From the human T2T-CHM13v2.0 reference genome, Homo sapiens, in NCBI RefSeq assembly GCF_009914755.1, contig NC_060927.1: a stretch of DNA of 64,000 nt. One strand, written 5' to 3'. Position 1 is the first letter of the stretch, and the number at the start of each line of letters is the position of its first letter. The position numbers and the translations under genes are program-made. This document shows, piece by piece, positions 54,256 through 64,000 of this stretch. The notes below the pieces were generated by a model that was not told where the DNA came from, did no database searches, and saw only the letters and a program-made list of their open reading frames with translations.

Positions 54256-56128
54256 CCATTGGCCTCATACCGCTAGAATTTTCCACTTGCAAATTCCACA
54301 AAAAGAGTGTTTCCAATCCGCTCTGTCTAAAGGAAGGTTCAACTCTCTGATTTGAATACATACATCCCAAAAGAAGTTACTGAGAATTCTTCTGTCTAGC
54401 ATTATGTGAAGAAATCCCGTTTCCAACGAAAGCCTCAAAGAGGTCCAAATATCCAGTTGCAGAATTTACAAACTGACTGTTTCCAAACTCATCTATGAAA
54501 AGAAAGGTTAAACTCTGGGAGTTGAATGCACATATCACAAAGTAGTTCCTGAGAATGATTCTGTCTAGTTTTCATACGAAGATATTTCCTTTTCCACCAA
54601 TGGCCTCAAAGTGCTTGAAATCTCCCCTTGCAAATTCCACAGACAAGTGTTTCAAATCTGCACTGTCTAAAGGAAGGTTCAACCCTGTGAGTTGAATACA
54701 CACACACAGAAAAAAATTCACTGAGAATTCTATTGTCTATCATTACACGAAGAAATCCCGTTTACTACGAAGGCCTCAAAGAGGTCCAAATATCCAGCTG
54801 CAGACATTACAAACTGAGTGTTTCCAAAGTACTCTATGAAAAGAAGTGTTAAACACTGTGAGTTCAATGCACACATCCCAAAGCAGTTTCTGAGAATGAT
54901 TCCGTCTATTTTTTCTACGAAGATATTTCCTTTTCTGCCGTTGGCCTCAAAGCGCTTGAAATCTCCACTTGCAAATTCCACAAAAAGAGAGTTTCAAATC
55001 TGCTCTGTCTAAAGGAAGGTTCAACTCTGTGAGTTGAATACACACCACAAAAAGAAGTTACTGAGAATTCTTCTGTCTAGCATTATATGAAAAATCCCGT
55101 TTCCAACGAAGGCCACAAAGAGGTCCAAATATCCACTTGCAGATTCTGCAAAAAGAGTGTTTCAAAACCGCTCCATTAAAAGGAATGTTGAACTCTGTGA
55201 GTTGAATGCAAACATCACAACTCAGTTTCTGAGAATGCTTCTGACTAGATTTTATGGTAAGATATTTCCTTTTCTACCGTAGGCTTCAATGCCCTCTAAA
55301 TACACCCTTGCAAATTCTACAAAGAGACTGTTTCATAACTGCTCTATAGGAAGAAAGGTTCAACTCTGTGAGTTGAATGCAGAGATCACAACGTGGTTTC
55401 TGCGAATGATTCTTTGTAGTTTTTACATGAAGATATTTCGTTGTCAACCGTAGGCTTCAAAGCACTCAAAGTATTCACTTGGAACTTTTACAAAAAGAGT
55501 GTTAGAAAACTGCTCTTTCCAAAGTAAGGTTCAACTCTGTGAGTTGAATGCACCCATAACAATCAAGAAGTTTCTGAGAATTCTTCTGTCCTGGTTTATA
55601 TGAACAAATCCCGTTTCCAACGAAGGCCTCAAAGACGTTTAAATATCCACTTGAAGACTTCACAAACAGAGTGTTTCCAAACTGCTCTATGAAAAGAAAG
55701 GTTAAACTCTGTGAGTTGAACGCACACATCACAAAGTAGTTTCTGAGAATGATACCGTCTAGTTTTTATACGAAGATATTTCCTTTCTACCATTGGCGTC
55801 AAAGCGCTAGAATTCTCCACTTGCAAATTCCACAAAAAGAGTGTTTCCAATCTGCTCTGTCTAAAGGAAGGTTCAACTCTGTGAGTTGAATACATACACA
55901 CAAAGAAGCTACTGAGAATTCTTTTGTCAAGAATTATAAGAAGAAATCCCGTTTCCAACGAAGGCCTCAAAGAGTTCCAAATATCCACTTGCACACTGCA
56001 CAAACTAAGTCTTTCCAAACTGCTCTATGCAAAGAAATGTTCAACTCTGTGAGTTTAATACACACATCACAAAGCAGTTTCTGAGAATGATACTGTCTAG
56101 TTTTTATACGAAGATATTTCCTTTTGTA
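54256..56128 (-). repeat. Structural-variant HOR U20: 11-mer (1,873 bp, 1,018 bp or 6 monomers short) with a chimeric monomer
   Basis: ggccacaaag (box-3 monomer) joins ttcaaaaccgctccattaaaagg (box-6 monomer) at 55116-55163. ORF spacing from 54730 to 56603 is 1,873. Confidence 0.96.
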
Positions 56129-59100
56129 CCATTGGCCTCATACCGCTAGAATTTTCCACTTGCAAATTCCACAAAAAGAGTGTTTCCAATCCGCTCTGTC
56201 TAAAGGAAGGTTCAACTCTCTGATTTGAATACATACATCCCAAAAGAAGTTACTGAGAATTCTTCTGTCTAGCATTATGTGAAGAAATCCCGTTTCCAAC
56301 GAAAGCCTCAAAGAGGTCCAAATATCCAGTTGCAGAATTTACAAACTGAGTGTTTCCAAACTCATCTATGAAAAGAAAGGTTAAACTCTGGGAGTTGAAT
56401 GCACATATCACAAAGTAGTTCCTGAGAATGATTCTGTCTAGTTTTCATACGAAGATATTTCCTTTTCCACCAATGGCCTCAAAGTGCTTGAAATCTCCCC
56501 TTGCAAATTCCACAGACAAGTGTTTCAAATCTGCACTGTCTAAAGGAAGGTTCAACCCTGTGAGTTGAATACACACACACAGAAAAAAATTCACTGAGAA
56601 TTCTATTGTCTATCATTACACGAAGAAATCCCGTTTACTACGAAGGCCTCAAAGAGGTCCAAATATCCAGCTGCAGACATTACAAACTGAGTGTTTCCAA
56701 AGTACTCTATGAAAAGAAGTGTTAAACACTGTGAGTTCAATGCACACATCCCAAAGCAGTTTCTGAGAATGATTCCGTCTATTTTTTCTACGAAGATATT
56801 TCCTTTTCTGCCGTTGGCCTCAAAGCGCTTGAAATCTCCACTTGCAAATTCCACAAAAAGAGAGTTTCAAATCTGCTCTGTCTAAAGGAAGGTTCAACTC
56901 TGTGAGTTGAATACACACCACAAAAAGAAGTTACTGAGAATTCTTCTGTCTAGCATTATATGAAAAATCCCGTTTCCAACGAAGGCCACAAAGAGGTCCA
57001 AATATCCACTTGCAGATTCTGCAAAAAGAGTGTTTCCAAACTGCTCTATGAAAAGAAACGTTAAACTCTGTGAGTTGAACGCAAACATCACAAAGTAGTT
57101 TCTGAGAATGACTCCGTCTAGTTTTTATACGAAGATATTTCCTTTCCTACCATTCACTTCAAAGCGCTTGAAGTCTCCCCCTGAAAATTCCACAAAAAGT
57201 GTTTCCAATCTGCTCCGCCTAAAGGAAGCTTCAACTCTGTGACTTGAATACCCACAACCCAAAGAAGTTACTGAGAATTCTTCTGTCTAGCATTATATGA
57301 AGAAATCCCGTTTCCAACGAAGGCCTCAAATACATCCAAATATCCAGTTGCTGACTTTACAAACTGAGTGTTTCCAAACTGCTCTATGAAAAGAAAGGTT
57401 AAACACTGTGAGTTGAACACACACGTACCAAAGTAGTTTCTGAGAATGATTCTGTCTAGTTTGCATACGAAGATATTTCCTTTTCTACCATTGGCCTCAA
57501 AGCTCTGAAATCTCCACTTGCAAATTCCACAAAAAGAGAGTTTCAAATCTGCTGTTTCTAAAGGAAAGTTCAACTCTGAGAGTTGAATACACACCAGAAA
57601 AAGCAGTTACTGAGAAGTCTTCTGTCTAGCATTATATGAAGAAATCCCATTTCCAACGAAGACTTCAAAGAGGTCCAAATATCCACTTGCAGATTCTGCA
57701 AAAAGAGTGTTTCGAAACAACTGTATGAAAAGAAAGGTTAAACACTGTGAGTTGAACGCACACATTGCAAAGCAGTTTCTGAGAATGATTCCGTCTAATT
57801 ATTATACGAAGGTATTTCCTTTTCTATCATTGGCCTCAAAGCGCTTGATACCTCCACCTGAAAATTCCACAAAAAGAGTGTTTCCAATCTACTCTGTCTA
57901 AAGGAACGTTCAACTCTGTGAGTTGAATACACACACACAGAAAGAATTCACTGAGAATTCTTCTGTCTGGCATTACATGAAGAAATCCCGTTTCCAACGA
58001 AGGCCTCAAAGAGGTCCAAATATCCACTTGCAGATTCTGCAAAAAGAGTGTTTCAAAACCGCTCCATTAAAAGGAATGTTGAACTCTGTGAGTTGAATGC
58101 AAACATCACAACTCAGTTGCTGAGAATGCTTCTGACTAGATTTTATGGTAAGATATTTCCTTTTCTACCGTAGGCTTCAATGCCCTCTAAATACACCCTT
58201 GCAAATTCTACAAAGAGACCGTTTCATAACTGCTCTATAGGAAGAAAGGTTGAACTCTGTGAGTTGAATGCAGAGATCACAACGTGGTTTCTGCGAATGA
58301 TTCTTTGTAGTTTTTACATGAAGATATTTCGTTGTCAACCGTAGGCTTCAAAGCACTCAAAGTATTCACTTGGAACTTTTACAAAAAGAGTGTTAGAAAA
58401 CTGCTCTTTCCAAAGTAAGGTTCAACTCTGTGAGTTGAATGCACACATAACAATCAAGAAGTTTCTGAGAATTCTTCTGTCCTGGTTTATATGAAGAAAT
58501 CCCGTTTCCAACGAAGGCCTCAAAGACGTTTAAATATCCACTTGCAGACTTCACAAACAGAGTGTTTCCAAACTGCTCTATGAAAAGAAAGGTTAAACTC
58601 TGTGAGTTGAACGCACACATCACAAAGTAGTTTCTGAGAATGATACTGTCTAGTTTTTATACGAAGATATTTCCTTTCTACCATTGGCGTCAAAGCGCTA
58701 GAATTCTCCACTTGCAAATTCCACAAAAAGAGTGTTTCCAATCTGCTCTGTCTAAAGGAAGGTTCAACTCTGTGAGTTGAATACACACACACAAAGAAGC
58801 TACTGAGAATTCTTTTGTCAAGAATTATAAGAAGAAATCCCGTTTCCAACGAAGGCCTCAAAGAGTTCCAAATATCCACTTGCACACTGCACAAACTAAG
58901 TCTTTCCAAACTGCTCTATGCAAAGAAATGTTCAACTCTGTGAGTTTAATACACACATCACAAAGCAGTTTCTGAGAATGATACTGTCTAGTTTTTATAC
59001 GAAGATATTTCCTTTTGTACCATTGGCCTCATACCGCTAGAATTTTCCACTTGCAAATTCCACAAAAAGAGTGTTTCCAATCCGCTCTGTCTAAAGGAAG

Positions 59101-62100
59101 GTTCAACTCTCTGATTTGAATACATACATCCCAAAAGAAGTTATTGAGAATTCTTCTGTCTAGCATTATGTGAAGAAATCCCGTTTCCAACGAAAGCCTC
59201 AAAGAGGTCCAAATATCCAGTTGCAGAATTTACAAACTGACTGTTTCCAAACTCATCTATGAAAAGAAAGGTTAAACTCTGTGAGTTGAATGCACATACC
59301 ACAAAGTAGTTCCTGAGAATGATTCTGTCTAGTTTTTATACGAAGATATTTCCTTTTCCACCAATGGCCTCAAAGTGCTTGAAATCTCCCCTTGCAAATT
59401 CCACAGACAAGTGTTTCAAATCTGCACTGTCTAAAGGAAGGTACAACCCTGTGAGTTGAATACACACACACAGAAAAAAATTCACTGAGAATTCTATTGT
59501 CTATCATTACACGAAGAAATCCCGTTTACTACGAAGGCCTCAAAGAGGTCTAAATATCCAGCTGCAGACATTACAAACTGAGTGTTTCCAAAGTGCTCTA
59601 TGAAAAGAAGTGTTAAACACTGTGAGTTCAATGCACACATCCCAAAGCAGTTTCTGAGAATGATTCCGTCAATTTTTTCTACAAAGATATTTCCTTTTCT
59701 GCCGTTGGCCTCAAAGCGCTTGAAATCTCCACTTGCAAATTCCACAAAAAGAGAGTTTCAAATCTGCTCTGTCTAAAGGAAGGTTCAATTCTGTGAGTTG
59801 AATACACACCACAAAAAGAAGTTACTGAGAATTCTTCTGTCTAGCATTATATGAAAAATCCCGTTTCCAACGAAGGCCACAAAGAGGTCCAAATATCCAC
59901 TTGCAGATTCTGCAAAAAGAGTGTTTCCAAACTGCTCTATGAAAAGAAACGTTAAACTCTGTGAGTTGAACGCAAACATCACAAAGTAGTTTCTGAGAAT
60001 GACTCCGTCTAGTTTTTATACGAAGATATTTCCTTTCCTACCATTCACTTCAAAGCGCTTGAAGTCTCCCCCTGAAAATTCCACAAAAAGTGTTTCCAAT
60101 CTGCTCCGCCTAAAGGAAGCTTCAACTCTGTGACTTGAATACCCACAACCCAAAGAAGTTACTGAGAATTCTTCTGTCTAGCATTATATGAAGAAATCCC
60201 GTTTCCAACGAAGGCCTCAAATACATCCAAATATCCAGTTGCTGACTTTACAAACTGAGTGTTTCCAAACTGCTCTATGAAAAGAAAGGTTAAACACTGT
60301 GAGTTGAACACACACGTACCAAAGTAGTTTCTGAGAATGATTCTGTCTAGTTTGCATACGAAGATATTTCCTTTTCTACCATTGGCCTCAAAGCTTTGAA
60401 ATCTCCACTTGCAAATTCCACAAAAAGAGAGTTTCAAATCTGCTGTTTCTAAAGGAAAGTTCAACTCTGAGAGTTGAATACACACCAGAAAAAGCAGTTA
60501 CTGAGAAGTCTTCTGTCTAGCATTATATGAAGAAATCCCATTTCCAACGAAGACTTCAAAGAGGTCCAAATATCCACTTGCAGATTCTGCAAAAAGAGTG
60601 TTTCGAAACAACTGTATGAAAAGAAAGGTTAAACACTGTGAGTTGAACGCACACATTGCAAAGCAGTTTCTGAGAATGATTCCGTCTAATTATTATACGA
60701 AGGTATTTCCTTTTCTATCATTGGCCTCAAAGCGCTTGATACCTCCACCTGAAAATTCCACAAAAAGAGTGTTTCCAATCTACTCTGTCTAAAGGAACGT
60801 TCAACTCTGTGAGTTGAATACACACACACAGAAAGAATTCACTGAGAATTCTTCTGTCTGGCATTACATGAAGAAATCCCGTTTCCAACGAAGGCCTCAA
60901 AGAGGTCCAAATATCCACTTGCAGATTCTGCAAAAAGAGTGTTTCAAAACCGCTCCATTAAAAGGAATGTGGAACTCTGTGAGTTGAATGCAAACATCAC
61001 AACTCAGTTTCTGAGAATGCTTCTGACTAGATTTTATGGTAAGATATTTCCTTTTCTACCGTAGGCTTCAATGTCCTCTAAATACACCCTTGCAAATTCT
61101 ACAAAGAGACTGTTTCATAACTTCTCTATAGGAAGAAAGGTTCAACTCTGTGAGTTGAATGCAGAGATCACAACGTGGTTTCTGCGAATGATTCTTTGTA
61201 GTTTTTACATGAAGATATTTCGTTGTCAACCGTAGGCTTCAAAGCACTCAAAGTATTCACTTGGAACTTTTACAAAAAGAGTGTTAGAAAACTGCTCTTT
61301 CCAAAGTAAGGTTCAACTCTGTGAGTTGAATGCACCCATAACAATCAAGAAGTTTCTGAGAATTCTTCTGTCCTGGTTTATATGAACAAATCCCGTTTCC
61401 AACGAAGGCCTCAAAGACGTTTAAATATCCACTTGAAGACTTCACAAACAGAGTGTTTCCAAACTGCTCTATGAAAAGAAAGGTTAAACTCTGTGAGTTG
61501 AACGCACACATCACAAAGTAGTTTCTGAGAATGATACCGTCTAGTTTTTATACGAAGATATTTCCTTTCTACCATTGGCGTCAAAGCGCTAGAATTCTCC
61601 ACTTGCAAATTCCACAAAAAGAGTGTTTCCAATCTGCTCTGTCTAAAGGAAGGTTCAACTCTGTGAGTTGAATACATACACACAAAGAAGCTACTGAGAA
61701 TTCTTTTGTCAAGAATTATAAGAAGAAATCCCGTTTCCAACGAAGGCCTCAAAGAGTTCCAAATATCCACTTGCACACTGCACAAACTAAGTCTTTCCAA
61801 ACTGCTCTATGCAAAGAAATGTTCAACTCTGTGAGTTTAATACACACATCACAAAGCAGTTTCTGAGAATGATACTGTCTAGTTTTTATACGAAGATATT
61901 TCCTTTTGTACCATTGGCCTCATACCGCTAGAATTTTCCACTTGCAAATTCCACAAAAAGAGTGTTTCCAATCCGCTCTGTCTAAAGGAAGGTTCAACAC
62001 TCTGATTTGAATACATACATCCCAAAAGAAGTTACTGAGAATTCTTCTGTCTAGCATTATGTGAAGAAATCCCGTTTCCAACGAAAGCCTCAAAGAGGTC

Positions 62101-64000
62101 CAAATATCCAGTTGCAGAATTTACAAACTGACTGTTTCCAAACTCATCTATGAAAAGAAAGGTTAAACTCTGGGAGTTGAATGCACATATCACAAAGTAG
62201 TTCCTGAGAATGATTCTGTCTAGTTTTCATACGAAGATATTTCCTTTTCCACCAATGGCCTCAAAGTGCTTGAAATCTCCCCTTGCAAATTCCACAGACA
62301 AGTGTTTCAAATCTGCACTGTCTAAAGGAAGGTTCAACCCTGTGAGTTGAATACACACACACAGAAAAAAATTCACTGAGAATTCTATTGTCTATCATTA
62401 CACGAAGAAATCCCGTTTACTACGAAGGCCTCAAAGAGGTCCAAATATCCAGCTGCAGACATTACAAACTGAGTGTTTCCAAAGTGCTCTATGAAAAGAA
62501 GTGTTAAACACTGTGAGTTCAATGCACACATCCCAAAGCAGTTTCTGAGAATGATTCCGTCTATTTTTTCTACGAAGATATTTCCTTTTCTGCCGTTGGC
62601 CTCAAAGCGCTTGAAATCTCCACTTGCAAATTCCACAAAAAGAGAGTTTCAAATCTGCTCTGTCTAAAGGAAGGTTCAACTCTGTGAGTTGAATACACAC
62701 CACAAAAAGAAGTTACTGAGAATTCTTCTGTCTAGCATTATATGAAAAATCCCGTTTCCAACGAAGGCCACAAAGAGGTCCAAATATCCACTTGCAGATT
62801 CTGCAAAAAGAGTGTTTCCAAACTGCTCTATGTAAAGAAACGTTAAACTCTGTGAGTTGAACGCAAACATCACAAAGTAGTTTCTGAGAATGACTCCGTC
62901 TAGTTTTTATACGAAGATATTTCCTTTCCTACCATTCACTTCAAAGCGCTTGAAGTCTCCCCCTGAAAATTCCACAAAAAGTGTTTCCAATCTGCTCCGC
63001 CTAAAGGAAGCTTCAACTCTGTGACTTGAATACCCACAACCCAAAGAAGTTACTGAGAATTCTTCTGTCTAGCATTATATGAAGAAATCCCGTTTCCAAC
63101 GAAGGCCTCAAATACATCCAAATATCCAGTTGCTGACTTTACAAACTGAGTGTTTCCAAACTGCTCTATGAAAAGAAAAGTTAAACACTGTGAGTTGAAC
63201 ACACACGTACCAAAGTAGTTTCTGAGAATGATTCTGTCTAGTTTGCATACGAAGATATTTCCTTTTCTACCATTGGCCTCAAAGCTCTGAAATCTCCACT
63301 TGCAAATTCCACAAAAAGAGAGTTTCAAATCTGCTGTTTCTAAAGGAAAGTTCAACTCTGAGAGTTGAATACACACCAGAAAAAGCAGTTACTGAGAAGT
63401 CTTCTGTCTAGCATTATATGAAGAAATCCCATTTCCAACGAAGACTTCAAAGAGGTCCAAATATCCACTTGCAGATTCTGCAAAAAGAGTGTTTCGAAAC
63501 AACTGTATGAAAAGAAAGGTTAAACACTGTGAGTTGAACGCACACATTGCAAAGCAGTTTCTGAGAATGATTCCGTCTAATTATTATACGAAGGTATTTC
63601 CTTTTCTATCATTGGCCTCAAAGCGCTTGATACCTCCACCTGAAAATTCCACAAAAAGAGTGTTTCCAATCTACTCTGTCTAAAGGAACGTTCAACTCTG
63701 TGAGTTGAATACACACACACAGAAAGAATTCACTGAGAATTCTTCTGTCTGGCATTACATGAAGAAATCCCGTTTCCAACGAAGGCCTCAAAGAGGTCCA
63801 AATATCCACTTGCAGATTCTGCAAAAAGAGTGTTTCAAAACCGCTCCATTAAAAGGAATGTGGAACTCTGTGAGTTGAATGCAAACATCACAACTCAGTT
63901 TCTGAGAATGCTGCTGATTAGATTTTATGGTAAGATATTTCCTTTTCTACCGTAGGCTTCAATGCCCTCTAAATACACCCTTGCAAATTCTACAAAGAGA

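Larger units (their letters stand above)
1..64000 (-). repeat. Alpha-satellite (alphoid) HOR array with a 17-monomer, 2,891-bp unit; 22 complete units plus 1 partial
   Basis: Alphoid motifs (e.g. ttcaactctgtgagttgaat, agtttctgagaatg) recur about every 170 bp. The ORF track repeats at exactly 2,891 bp (475, 3366, 6257...), and 2891/17 is about 170. No non-alphoid sequence was seen. Confidence 0.99.
1..64000 (-). repeat. D3Z1: Probable human chromosome 3 active centromeric array D3Z1 (S01/1C3H1L)
   Basis: The unit is a 2.9-kb 17-mer with one HindIII site (aagctt, 1098-1103). It has alternating CENP-B-box and box-less monomers and ~340-bp EcoRI periodicity typical of suprachromosomal family 1. 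These match the described D3Z1 unit from memory; not checked by alignment. Confidence 0.85.

Noticed and set aside
475-63824. About 180 short ORFs (64-129 aa) recurring in each unit
   Set aside because: They are chance open frames in alpha satellite: overlapping, on both strands, repeated with the HOR, and resembling no protein family I recognise.
1-64000. CRISPR-like or cassette-like system (conserved motifs at regular spacing)
   Set aside because: The intervening sequences are homologous satellite monomers, not unique spacers, and there are no associated genes or leader.
1-64000. Transposon insertion, inversion or foreign sequence
   Set aside because: Unit lengths are fully explained by 2,891 bp with changes of -681, -1, +8 and -1,018. 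The boxes stay on one strand, and no poly-A tail or target-site duplication with an insert was seen.
1-64000. Claim that this window is the kinetochore or CENP-A site
   Set aside because: High homogeneity and dense CENP-B boxes fit an active array, but kinetochore position needs methylation or CENP-A data that the sequence cannot give.

Overview
The whole 64-kb window is centromeric alpha-satellite DNA (~171-bp monomers) in one orientation, with CENP-B boxes reading TTCG...CGGG on the minus strand. It is organised as a very homogeneous 2,891-bp, 17-monomer higher-order repeat (HOR). The size, the single HindIII site per unit and the SF1-like ~340-bp A/B dimer rhythm best fit the active human chromosome 3 array D3Z1 (S01/1C3H1L); this comes from recalled knowledge, not a database search. 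Units start at U1 1, U2 2892, U3 5783, U4 8674, U5 11565, U6 14456 (13-mer, 2,210 bp), U7 16666, U8 19557, U9 22448, U10 25339, U11 28230, U12 31121, U13 34012, U14 36903, U15 39794, U16 42685 (-1 bp), U17 45575, U18 48466, U19 51357 (+8 bp), U20 54256 (11-mer, 1,873 bp), U21 56129, U22 59020 and U23 61911 (partial). I found no credible genes, RNA genes, transposons or CRISPR arrays. All listed ORFs are satellite artefacts, and I see no evidence for a new protein-coding system. The notable content is the array's recombination record. Two structural-variant HORs have junctions that flank the same CENP-B box, and the 11-mer looks like a partial tandem duplication. There is also an out-of-register micro-conversion patch, a hypervariable and often inactivated CENP-B box, multi-HOR duplications, and older tetramer and dimer sub-repeats inside the 17-mer. 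All comparisons were made by eye.
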